The position numbers were made by a program, and so were the translations under genes. The notes beneath the pieces are model-generated. The model was not told where the DNA came from. It did not search any database and saw only the letters and a list, made by a program, of their open reading frames with translations. Of a stretch of DNA of 64,000 nucleotides, positions 38,988 through 51,902 are shown piece by piece. How positions within the stretch are numbered: position 1 is the stretch's first letter; the number at the start of each line of letters is the position of its first letter. Source of the stretch: Eledone cirrhosa (lineage: Eukaryota); assembly GCA_964016885.1 (NCBI GenBank), contig OZ024740.1, positions 220,224,001 to 220,288,000 of the forward strand, read 5' to 3'.

Positions 38988-40543
38988 TATATACACACAC
39001 ATATATGTATATATATATATATATATATGTATATATTATGGCATGCAAACTATGGTTCCGCTGTGAGAAGGGTTCAGCATGGCCAACTGGCCTGTCCCTC
39101 CTGATAATGGTGCCATCCAGTTCCATACTGTAAATGTGGTTGGTGTTAGGAAAGGCATCCAGTCCCAGCCAAATTTACAGTCCCATCAGAGTGAGGTACA
39201 ACGTGGCCAATCCTGGCCAGACTTGTCTTTCGACATGGACAACTCGTCTGACCCATGCAAGCATGAATGATGATGATAATGATGATTTTATATATGTATA
39301 TATATATTGGCTTGGTTTAACTTGATCTATTTTCTCTTCGGTTACTTACTTACATGTGCCAATGTCCTGTGTTCCCTCTTCTATTGGTATGTTTACTTCG
39401 ATTTTTCCTTTTTTTTTTCTTCCCTTTTTCTTTCTTTCTCTCTCTTCACTATCACTTCTTTCCCTCGTGGCCTTTTAATATATAAAAGACCATGGGCGCC
39501 CTATGGATCAATGTTCTGTTTTTATGCGCCAAAACTTCCAAGATCCATAGTTAACAGCTGACGAAGGGAAACTTTTCATCTCTTGATTACCGTCTAACAC
39601 TTCGTTTTCAGTAACCACACAGCCTCACCTCCTAACCCATATGTTTGTATATATTATATATATATATACGAGGGTCAACTGAAAAGTACATAGACCAAGA
39701 TACTCTCATGGAATGACCAAATGAGGTTTATTTTTCAACAAAGTCACAGGAAAGAAATGATGCAGTTATTAATAAGAAGAGTCAAAATTAATGCATGCAA
39801 GATTTCACAGCTCTAACATCAATCCTTCATTGTCAGCCTGTGATACAAATATAGCAACTTAAACATTCTCACATATTTTGTAATGGCAATTAATTATACA
39901 AATAATATTCACTAATTTCCCTCTTGAATATTTAATTAAACATTTGAAAATAAACAAATATAAATAATAGTTTAACCATTTTCTGGCCATATTCCTGCTG
40001 AAATGTAATGTATTTAAATTAATCAATAAAGAAATTGGTAGGGATTTACTAAAAATATTAACTATTTCTTCTTTTTCTTCTCCCACTTATTCCTGAGAGG
40101 GTCGTGGCGGCAGACTCCCCCAAACACTCCTTCCAGTGGGTCCTGTCAGAAGCAACTGTCTCCAACTGTCCGGCTAGATCCCCAAGCATGACCAACCAAC
40201 CTCATGGATGTTATCCAACCATCTTGCTTGGGGTCTACCACTGGGTCTCCTGCTGCTTGGTTTTGCCTATAAAATCTGTCCAGCAATTATTTCCTGAGAC
40301 ATTCTAACCACATGCCTATATTAATTATTTCAATATTGAAATGGTATAACAACTTAAATGGTTCTTATATCAAATTATGTGGAAAGATTTTAATTTAAAT
40401 AGAAACCCTTTAAAATGGGTGGTATTGTATGAGAGAAATAGAGGCAGTTTTGTGAGGGTTGGTATCAAAGAGATTAAATAAATCATTTAAGATTAACAGA
40501 CAACCTTTTAAGAGATTTATTTTAAATAATTTTTGCAATCTCA

Positions 40544-40745
40544 TACGAGAGTGGGCTGAAAAGTTCATAGACTAGCTATGAACGAGTGATGTTAGTGCTG
40601 TGAAATCTTGCATGCATTAATTTCAACTATTCTTATTAATAACTGCATTATTTCTTTCTAAGGACTATGTTGAAAAATAAACCTCATTAGGTCATTCCAT
40701 GAAAGTCTCTTGGTCAGCCTATGAATTTATCAGCTGACCCTCATG
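40544..40745. mobile_element. ~200-bp Tc1/mariner-type MITE
   Basis: TIRs tacgagagtgggctgaaaagttcatag / ctatgaatttatcagctgaccctcatg. Copies at ~6775-6953, 39668-39840, 40825-41015 and 43015-43213; mini-version at 37665-37725. Confidence 0.75.
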
Positions 40746-40782
40746 TGTGTATATATATATATACGCACACACACACACATAT

Positions 40783-40826
<44 letters not shown>

Positions 40827-41630
40827 GGGTAGGCTGAAAAGTTCATAGGCTGACTTTGAAGGTGTGATGCTAGAGCTGTGAAATCTTACATGCATTAATT
40901 TCAACTCTTCTTATTAATAACTGCATTGTTTCTTTCCAGGGACTATGTTGAAAAATAAAACTCATTAGGTCATTCCATGAGAGTATCTTGGTCAGCCTTT
41001 GAACTTATCAGCCAATAGTCTAAATATCAAAAAATTTGAACAGGCAGATCAAACAACAAAAGCACTACATTAGCCAACATCTGTAAAATAGGCATACACA
41101 TACAGATACATACACACACATACAGATACACACACACAGATACATATACATACACACAGATACATACACACACACATATACATACACACACATACACATA
41201 CAGATACATACACACACATACAGATACACACACACAGATACATATACATACACACAGATACATACACACACATACACACACAGATAAATACACACACATA
41301 CACAGATACATACACACAGACTCACACTAATAAATCATTTAAGTTTAACAGACAACCATTTAAGAGATTTATTTATCCAAACTCACACACTACACATACA
41401 TATGCAGATGCAGACACATACTCACATACACTCACACACATACACACATGCAAACTTAAATAATACACATACATATACACATGCAGATACATACACACTC
41501 TTTCACATACACACATGCAAACTCATACAGTACACATACATATGCAGATACATATACACACACACACATGCACTCATACACATACATATATGCAAACTTA
41601 GATAATACACATACATATACACATGCAGAA

Positions 41631-41707
<77 letters not shown>

Positions 41708-42951
41708 TTCATACACAAACATGCTTGCAAACTCAGACAATACATGCATGCATATGCTTACACATACCCATTCACACACATAAATACATGCAGACTTACA
41801 CATACCCATTCACATACATAAACACATGCAGACTTACACATACCCATTCACACACATAAATACATGCAGACTTACACATACCCATTCACATACATAAACA
41901 CATGCAGACTTACACATACATACACATTGAAAACACTATTGCTAGCTCAAATTTTCACAAATTTTAATTTTTTTTTAATGTCTGCAATGATTTGTTAATA
42001 AGATTAAAATTCCTCAGGCTATTAACCTAATCTTTTGAAATTAAACATTTTTTTTTCCTTTATTTTTAAATTTATATCTACACTACCGGATATGTAATGT
42101 TAGTGTGCATAAAAAATGAAGCACAGTTGAGAGAAAACATGGTCTAAGAGGAACTAGGTGTAGTGTGGAAGATAGTCAGAAATACTGGTATGGACATGTG
42201 AAGTGTGATGTTGTATGATTGTAAGATACGGGCACTGAATACAGAACATGAGAATGTTGAAAAGAAATGTGTTGAGCATAGAACATGCTCTGTTGGATGT
42301 GTAATGTAAGTGTGTAATGTAAGTAAGCACATATTGAGATAAAAAGTGGGTGTCAAAGGAATGACTGTCTATATTTAAATATAAGTTGATCTGAATGTAA
42401 GCCACCACCACTCTCTCACCCTATTTTATGTCTGAAAAATAAACAGAAATCCAAACCCTATTTACATATTGACCCTGGATATAAGCTGATCCCCCCATTT
42501 TAACACCAATCTTTTAGTCACATATTCCTGGCTTATATTCAAATAAATATGGTAGATATTGTGTGCAAGAAAGAAAGACTGCAGTGGTACAAACAAGTAA
42601 TGCATATGAATGGTGATCATTGGCTGATGAAATGCCAGAAGTTCCAAGTGAAAGGAAAGAGTGTTAGAGAAAGGCTAAGGACAATTTTTGGCAGAAGGGA
42701 TGAAAACCTTTGTCACAAATTAGATGATGAAGGAACAAAGGAATGCAGCAACTGACAAGATGTTGTGTTGTTGGGGAGGGAGTTGTCTAACCTATGCAAG
42801 CATAGAAAAACAGTGATGATGGTGATAGTGCTGGTGGTGCTGGAGGAAGTGATGATGGGGATGGTGGTGGTGGAGATTGTGGTTATGGTGGTGGTGGCAG
42901 TGAACTTTTCAGTCAACCCTCGTACATACATAGTTGACTTGGAAGACTATA

Positions 42952-42997
<46 letters not shown>

Positions 42998-43519
42998 CAT
43001 ACATACACACACATGTTGGTGGCTGAAAAGTTCATAGGTTAACTGTGAAGGAGTGATGCTAGTGCTGTGAATTCTTGCATGCATGAATTTCAACTCTACT
43101 CATTAATGTCTATATTGTTTCTTTCCAGGAACTATGTTAAAAGATAAACCTCATTTGATCATTCTATGAGAGTATCTTAGTCAGCCTGTGAACTTTTCCG
43201 CCAAATGTTGTATATACTGGCTCAATCCCCTTTTTTACAGGCTTTGGTGAAGAGGCGTTGTGATTGAAGAAAGTTCCTTCACACACTCCACTGTTTCCAC
43301 AAATGTTCAATCCCCTGGTAATTAATGACACAAACAGTTCAATCATCTGCAGAACAATGACACTAACAGTTATAAATAACTATATATATATGTCATGGTA
43401 TTTCAGGAAGAATATTTATTATTAATTTATTTATTTTAGTCATTCTGATTCAGGACTTGGTTACAACTATAATAAATTTAGCAAAGACCATCCTTTTCTT
43501 CCCCCAAAACATATCAACA

Positions 43520-43578
43520 TATATAAGGAAAGGTTTACACAGATATATGCATACACACATTCCCCCCCCCTCCCCCAC

Positions 43579-43611
<33 letters not shown>

Positions 43612-43746
43612 CACACATATATCAGGAAAGGTTTACATTGATATATGCATACACACATCCCTAAATATATATATATATTTAGGGATGTGCACACTACACA
43701 CATATATATCAGGAAATGTTTACACAGATATATGCATGCACACTTC

Positions 43747-43794
<48 letters not shown>

Positions 43795-43830
43795 GAAAGG
43801 TTTACACAGATATATGCATACACACATTCC

Positions 43831-43872
<42 letters not shown>

Positions 43873-43944
43873 ACACACACACACATGCACACTACACACA
43901 TATATATCAGGAAATGTTTACACAGATATATGCATACACACTTC

Positions 43945-44033
<89 letters not shown>

Positions 44034-44065
44034 ATATATATATATGTATATATCAGGAAAGGTTG
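43520..44065. repeat. Compound minisatellite: ~38-bp unit separated by variable (TA)/(CA) tracts
   Basis: Six occurrences (the last partial) of atcaggaaa(g/t)gtttacacagatatatgcatacacac. Confidence 0.85.
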
Positions 44066-45719
44066 ATAGAAATTCATTATTGTGCCAATGCCATTGACCT
44101 GCCTGCAAAGTATCTGTGACTACATTGCTTTGCCACTATACATATTTACTCACTGTCTATTATTAATTATCACAATGATGGAAAGAATGTTAAGGATAGT
44201 CTCTCCCATGCCATCATGTGAAGTGGACATACATAAAAGAATGAGGAGAATAATACTATTTTGTTTCTCCCCATGAATATCTACTTAGATTAATGAAGGA
44301 TGTAAGATGTCTACATTTTCCAAATTGGATTATAACCCTATCATTACCATATTTCTAATGAAAAAAAACAGCCTATGTATTTCAATTAATTATGAAAATA
44401 AGCTAGAATTTGAATGGATTTAATGAAATAACTTTTTCATTAAGCTGATATTTGGAACATAATTTAACAAAGGGTTCTTAAATAAAATTATGATGGAAGC
44501 TTTTTAATATAAGTATGAACATTTCAAAATGGGCTGTTGTGTATCATAGAATCAGAGCAGTTTCTGGCAGTGTTGTACAAGGAGAGAGGAAAACGTAGTT
44601 CTCCTACTTCATTGGATGTTTCACTGGTTGATACTCATTGTGATCACTGGTTGGACTCATTCAGAATAGGGTATATTTGTGCCCATGAGCATCCTGCCCA
44701 CCAAAACCTTCTGACCAGAATGTATAAACATATAACAACAATGCATAGAGCAGAAACACTGGTTCTTCCCCACTCACCATTACATGACATCACTCCCCTT
44801 CTACTTCTGGCAAGATGCTCCAGCCTCATGACGTCACTGACCCTTATGCTTCTGACAAGGCCCCCAGTCCCACAGGTGAGTTGGTATCAAAAGGGTTAAT
44901 ATATGTGGCTTTCTTACTTAAACAGGACAAAGCATAGTTGAATGGGTAAGAAGTTTGCTTCCCAATTATGAAGTTCCAAGTTCAGTCCCACTACATGGCA
45001 TCTTTGAGCATGTGTCATATAACATAGCTTTGGGTTGCCTCAAGCCTTTGAGCAGAATTAGGTAGTCAGAAACTGTTTGGAAGCTCTTCAAATAGATTGT
45101 ACCTGTAATTCAATAGATAAATTGGTCACATACAATGTGATTTTGAATCTTCCTGAAAATTACATTAAAGGTACATATTGTCATCATCATCAGTGTTTAA
45201 AATCCATTTTCCACACATGCATGGGTTAGATGGGTTATCATGTCATGTGACAAGTCAAGTCAAATGATCACATCTTTCCCATACATATCTGTACACATTT
45301 GTAGAATACTCATCTCCTTACATGTTAATTTAAGAAGTAGACTTTTCCATTGATAGAACAACTGGAACACTCATTATCAAGTCCAGAGGACCAGAACAAT
45401 TATCCAGCCCTCTAACAAACTGTCATGATCAATATATCTCATTAGAAATATGAACCCAAAAGGGCTAAACAAATATAAAATTTAGTTTTTAATTTATATT
45501 TTGGCATGAGACAATCCTTAGTGTCATAATCATCAGGAACATCATTTTCCATGCTGACATGAGTTAGAGAAGTTATCCTGTTGGGAGCAATGACAGATCA
45601 GATGACCATGTCTTGCTCATACGGTGTCAGATATTCATGAGCCCCTTCTTGGCCCACTGAGCCCCCAGATCTATGTACTGGCTGTAACCCTTTTTTTAAC
45701 ATAATCCTTCAACATGGTT

Positions 45720-46135
45720 GACCGGAACACTTTCAAAAATTCCTCTCCATGCCGTACAATCCTACATTGTGGTCTCCAGTTCTCTGAGGTGGATTTCTGA
45801 ATCTCATGAGAAAGTCTCTGGAGAAGTCATTTTTTGACAATGGACACTTCCAGAAAGGCTTTCATAGGAGAAATGATCAAATTACTTCCCTGTCTGCTCT
45901 AAAACAATGGCCTACAAACTGGAGCCTTTTCTGTTTAAGTCTGAGTAATATTGGACACAGACTTCCATAGATTGTTTTTCTGGTTGGATGTGGCCATCAG
46001 CTCAGATTCTTCACTCTTCTAAGTAGGTTGGTGTATGAGCCATCTAAGAAAGTGGTGAGTGTCCAGGTTTCTGATCCATAGAAGAGAATTGACTCTATTA
46101 ATATCTGAAAGGTTTTAATTTTCCATGCTCTGGTG
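45720..46135 (-). pseudogene. Old RTE-group LINE RT C-terminal fragment
   Basis: Reverse translation IKTFQILIESILFYGSETWTL...LKQKRLQFVGHCFRAD, with stops. Confidence 0.7.
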
Positions 46136-47299
46136 AAGAGGCTTCATAAGGAAGAAATATGATTGAAAAAAAGCTTCCGCACACATTCCACTCTTTCCAC
46201 AAATATCCCCCTGCCCTCATAAAGACAGAGACAGCATAGAATAGTGAAAACCATGTGAACTTTTCAAGTACCTTACAACCTCTCTAGTGTTGGTTACATG
46301 ATAAAATGCACCCAGGACATGCTGTAAAAGGGTTAATGATCGAATGAAGACAATATAGTGTAACGATGACTTACCAGTCAGGCTGAGCATATGACAATAC
46401 CTCTTGAGCTTGTGCCACAATAAAATGCACCCAATACACTGTGTAAAGGGACAGGTATGGTATGACAATATGTACTCAGTACACACTGCAAAGTGGTTGG
46501 CAATTAAATGAAAACAGTATAGAATAGGCAAAGCATATGACAACTTCCCAAATGGTGGTGTCATGATAAAATGCACCCAAAACACTGTAAAATAGTAGTG
46601 CTGATGCCACAATAAAATATACCTGGTACTCTCAGTAAAGTAATTGATGTTAAGAAGGTCATGGAATGTAAGAGCAAAATGAGATCTCTCTGGTCCATCA
46701 AGTCTTGGACCATGACAACCCATCCAATCCATGTCATGTTGGAAAGTGGACATAAAATGATGATGATGATGATGATTTTTATGTATTCATCTGTTGTTTA
46801 TAAAAAGAATCTGAAATGCTTGGTTTATCATTTGCACTAGTGATACTCAAGGAATACTTTTGAGCGAATAAATTGTGCATAATGTAAAAAAAATAATATT
46901 TTAAAAAGGTATCTATAAAAAGATGTAGGCATGAGTCTGTGATTTAGAAGTTCCCTTTTAAATCACATGGTTTGGGGTTCTGTCTCACTGTGTGACATCC
47001 TGGCCAAGAGTCTTCTACAATAATCTTGAGTTGACCACTAATGCTTTGTGAATGAACTTTGCTAGACAGAAACTATACTGAATCCCTTCAAATATGTTAT
47101 AAGTGCTGTGTGTGTATGTATATATGCTCACAGGGAAAACGGACATTTAACGATAATGATGATGATGATGATGATGGCGGGGGGTGGGGGTCTGTTTACA
47201 TCTACACCACTTAACAGTTGGGATTGTTTGCTTATATCCTATAACTTAGCAGCTGGCAAAATTGGGATTGGTGAAATAAGTACCAGATTTTAAATACTT

Positions 47300-47360
<61 letters not shown>

Positions 47361-47369
47361 GGGGGGGAG

Positions 47370-48340
47370 AGTCAATGGCCATCCAAAGAGCGTTTTTTTT
47401 TTAGCATCACAGGAGAGGCAAACTCCTTAGCTGATTGGCAACTGCCTAGGAGAAGGACATTCCAACGTAAAACCTACGACCTATGGACCTCACTGTCACA
47501 GTCATAGCTTGCCTGACCATGATAGATGTACTCCAGGTGTAAAGGGTGGAGCTGGTTATGCACACACTGCACCCCACCTTAAAACACCACTGTGCAGGCA
47601 TGAAGGTCATGCCAAGCCTTTCAATGTCCCAAACTTTTGACAATTCTCCTGAAAGTCCTACAAGGATGTGGGAGGGGCAAAACAGCAGGTGAAAGATGTG
47701 ACTGAGAGCTGCAGTCCCAAACCTACATGTAGGCAGTTCAGGGTAGAAGGTCATCGGATACTGACTTGAAGGCAACAGCATCACCCAGCAGTTCCTTGAA
47801 TGTATGAGCAGGCTTTTTTAAGGGTAGCACTGCTTGCTCCACATGGAAGTAGGCCTAGAAAAGATGGCTTCAAGAAAGCTTGTCTTCAATACACCCAGTT
47901 GGTTCACCGTGACCAGAGGGCATCTTCTCTGCGGCCATACTATAACAATAAGCAAAAAACGTACCCCAAAAGCAACCAAAACTGGGGCCAAGCTTAGATT
48001 TACCATGGCATGCTGAAACATCAAAACATTGCCTGATATCCCAAACAGCAACTGCCCAGAGCACCGCTCAGCCTTAGTCACTCATGAACTCTTTAGACTA
48101 GGCAAAGATGTTGTGGCTCTCAGCAAAGTTCATCTCCCTGAAGAGGGCGACCTGAGAGAATATGGCATGGGTTACACACTCTACTGGAGCAGAAATCCAA
48201 AAGATGAGAAGCGCCTTGCAGGGGTGGGCTTCATGGTGAGGGATTCCATTGCCTCCAAACTGTCCCACCATCCAACAGGCCACAGTGACCACATCATGTC
48301 CATGTACCTTTCTCTCCATGGCCAGAAATATGCCACTCAT
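47370..48340 (+). pseudogene. 5' portion of an RTE-BovB-like LINE (5' UTR + start of APE endonuclease)
   Basis: ctaggagaagga 5'-UTR motif; PEHRSALVTHELFRLGKDVVALSKV...YTLYWS...AGVGFMVR; truncated at (TA)n. Confidence 0.8.
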
Positions 48341-48348
48341 ATATACAT

Positions 48349-48420
<72 letters not shown>

Positions 48421-48428
<8 letters not shown>

Positions 48429-48574
48429 ATACTTTGGGAGGGTCATGTTGCCAATAAGAAACACACGCACCAGTGCGTGTGTTTCTTATTGGCAACATGA
48501 CCCTCCCAAAGTATAACAATATCGGTTTCAACACACGTTTTCAGATAAAGAATCTTGCTAAACAAATTCAGAAA

Positions 48575-48576
<2 letters not shown>
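48421..48576 (+). mobile_element. Fold-back element family D in (TA)n (50-bp arms, no ribozyme core retained)
   Basis: Arms 48421-48470 / 48473-48522 plus tail. A near-identical non-palindromic copy lies at 56661-56762 (-). Confidence 0.65.
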
Positions 48577-48603
<27 letters not shown>

Positions 48604-48608
<5 letters not shown>

Positions 48609-48910
48609 TTGTCCCCAGTATTTGTGAGGGTTACATTTTCCTAGAGCACCAAATATTGGACCTGGTCCATAAAAATGCCTATAAACGTCAAAACATAAAA
48701 TATAGGCCAGCAAATATGGTATATGGTTATTAATAATTTGGCATTAAAAACATGAAAAAACATATATTGCCACGAAAAAAGCCATAAAAAAATCGTGGAA
48801 GATATTCACAATTCCGCGAATATGCGGTGGTTTCCATGAACAATGATTAGTTAGGTTCTGAGGAGAATTCTATGAATAACCAGGGCCGCGAATGTTGGGG
48901 CTACACTGTA
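48604..48910. mobile_element. Tigger-type MITE
   Basis: TA-cagttgtcccc...ggggctacactg-TA termini. Confidence 0.6.
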
Positions 48911-49066
48911 TATATATATATATATATAAAATAAATGATAAGTATTTCAGAAAGCCAGTACAATGCGGTAGGAATATATAAAAGGCAAAGGATGATAAAT
49001 AAAACAAAGTAATATTTATACCTACATAATGCTTCATATTAACTATATATATATTTATATATATCA

Positions 49067-50395
49067 GGTGAACATGCCAGCCAGTTAGATTATATCCTTA
49101 CTAGAAGGCATGACAGAGTGTCTGTTGTGAACACTAAGTCCCTCCCCCATGAAGAATGCACCTCCCAACATAGCCTAATAGTGACCTCATAGGCAGGACT
49201 AGACGTACTCGATGACAGAGGAGGACTACTTTGAGGAGAAGAATATGGAAGTTGAAGGACCCCACAGCCAGTAACAAATTTAAAAGCATATTACTTGATG
49301 CTTTTGACAGTAAGGAAGAGCAATTAGAGACGTACAATATAGAGGAACAGTGGAAACTCTTGAAAGTTAACCTGCTGAAGGCGACAGATGAAATCAGTGG
49401 CTGGAGCAGACCTATAGGCAGGAGGAGAGTAACTTGGTGGTAGAACAGTAAGGTGGAGGAGACAATCAAGGCCAAAAAGGGGTGGAGGGTGCTCTGAAAG
49501 TACAGGAGCCAGAGTTAGAATGGGATGGAAACAGTTCAGAGAGCTTATACCGCTGTTGGCCACAAAAGGTTTCCTCTAAAAATGAAAGGCAGATTGTATG
49601 ATGTTTGTATACGAACAGCAATTAGACATGGGCATTGTGTGCAGAGGACCTGCGCAGATTGGAAAGGAACGAAGCATGTCTGTTGGATGTGTAATAGTAA
49701 TATACACGAACGGCAAAACATAAACAAACTAGGTGAGAAATTAGGAATAAGAGGGATCAGATGCTGTTTACTTGAGAGAAGATTACGTTGCTATGATCAT
49801 GTGATGCACATGAAAGATGACAGCTGTATAAAAAAGTGCAGAGCGATCAAAATTGATGGAAGTTATGGAGTAGGTAAACCCAGAAAAACCTGGGACGACA
49901 TGATAAAATCCAGCCTTGCACACTTACAACTCTCTAGGACAATATCACTGGATCAAGATCTCTGGCACCACGCAATAATACAGAAGACCCGCTTTCCATA
50001 TGTGCAAAGTTAACCTACAGTGAGTAGGCCCCTCCAAACCAAATATACACCGCAACCCACTACTCCTACACCATCCTTCCACTCCCACCAATACTACCCT
50101 TTCTCTATAAAGTTATGTTGGTACCACAACATCCAGTCCAAATTAATGAAGTGGTGTAGGTGTCACAACAAAAAAAAACACATAGTCCACACTGTAATGT
50201 GGTCGAGTAGTTAACATGGTAAAAAGCTCCCAGTCCACACTGTAAATGTGGTTGGTGTTAGGAAGGGCATCCAGCCGTAGAAAACCTGCCAGATAGTCCT
50301 ATACGAGCAGGACATGGTCACCCGACCAATCATGCCTCAAGTAGGACAATTCCCGTCTAACCCATGCTAGCGTGGAAGATAGACATTGATGATGA
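49067..50395 (+). pseudogene. 5'-truncated, internally deleted RTE copy with 3' UTR
   Basis: RRRIWKLKDP...RRRVTWW is joined at ~49480 directly to the GGGCSEST region; stops and frameshifts; (GAT)n tail. Confidence 0.85.
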
Positions 50396-50421
50396 TCTGT
50401 GTGTGTGAACATATATATATA

Positions 50422-51600
50422 TCATCATCATCATTTTACGTCTGCTTTTCCCTGCTTGCAAGGGTGGGATGGGTCCTATTCAGCACAGCATCTCTCCACT
50501 TGTCACAGTCCTTCGTCATCTCCTCGGTGAGTTTCAGCGATCTGAGGTCTACTCTCACCACCTCCGCCCATGTTTTTCGTGGTCTACCTCTACTGCGTCT
50601 TCCTTCAACTGGCATTTCTTGGCACTTCTTCACCCATCGGTCATCCTCCATGCGCATCACATGTCCATACCATCACAGTCTCCTCTCCCGCACACAACAA
50701 TTTATCCCTCTCAGACAGTTTCTCTCTCAACACATCCATGCTCGGCCATTCACGCACATTGACATTGCACATCCAACGGAGCATGCTTGCTTCATTTCTC
50801 TCCAGCCGTCGCATATCCTCTGCTGTTGCTGCCCATGTCTCACTACCATGCAGCATCGTGCACCTCACACAGGTATCATATAACCGGTTTTTTGTACGCA
50901 GGGAGAAACCCTTCTTCATCAGCAGAGGAAGCAGCTCCCTAAATGCACATGCCTTCTCTCCAGCATCTCCACTATTCCACCAGATCTACCTGTGAGAGTG
51001 CCAACATTAAGTGTTGCAACTCTGAGATGCGACGTCTTCATATTCTTGTTCTTTTTCCTGTAGTGCGATAGCTTGATGATGGTCAGGGGGTTCTCGCACA
51101 TGGCCTCACCAGCCACCCCACTACCGTGCGCAGCCCTAACATGGTTAGTGTTATTGCTCTTGACGCAGTTGCAATTCTCATTTGTTGTGCTCATAGTTTT
51201 TGGCAGTAGTATATATACTGGTTGGATGCCCTTCCTAACACCAGCACCATTTTACAGCATGGACTGGGTGCTTTTATTTGTGCCACCAGCACTAGAAAGG
51301 ATGTCTTACTGGACTCAGGGGCCCTCTCTACCCCTCCATTTTACAGCATGGACTAGGTGCTTTTATTCGTGCGAGCAGCACTAGAGAGGTCCTCTTACTG
51401 GACTCAGAGACCCTAACCGCCCCTCCATTTTTACAGCATGGACTGGGTGCTTTTATTCATGCTACCAGCACTACGGAAGTTGTCTTACTGGACTTAGGGG
51501 ATTTCTCTACTCCGCACCAATTTATTCAGAGTGGTTGCTCTCCTAGACGGGTTGCCTACATTATGGCTTATGGAGCCTCTGTCCGCCCCTTGTCTGTTTT
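50422..51600 (-). mobile_element. Internally deleted RTE of another subfamily (5' UTR + EN start fused to RT C-terminus)
   Basis: LRVATLNVGTLTGRSGGIVEMLERR is joined to KGFSLRTKNRLYDTCVR...HPTLASREKQT*; 5' UTR aggcaacccgtctaggaga; (GAT)n tail. Confidence 0.85.
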
Positions 51601-51902
51601 ATGATATATTCATGAGGGAGTGGTTAGCATACAGCGTCAGGTATGTATACCAAATGTGGTGGAGGTGGGGCGAGTGAGAACCATAATGGCTTATACATAC
51701 AATTTTAACACAAATTTTTCAACAGAGTTTATAAGTCACATACATACATATTTATATATATACAAATCTCTTTACGAAGTTTTCACAATTGTATAAGCTA
51801 TTATACATACAAATTTAACACAAATTTGAAGATATAAATATGAACACTTATCTTTACGAAGTTTTCACAAATATATATATATGAGTATTTATATATATAT
51901 AT

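Noticed and set aside
43520-44065. Repeat-spacer-like array
   Set aside because: The spacers are just variable TA/CA microsatellites; this is a compound minisatellite.
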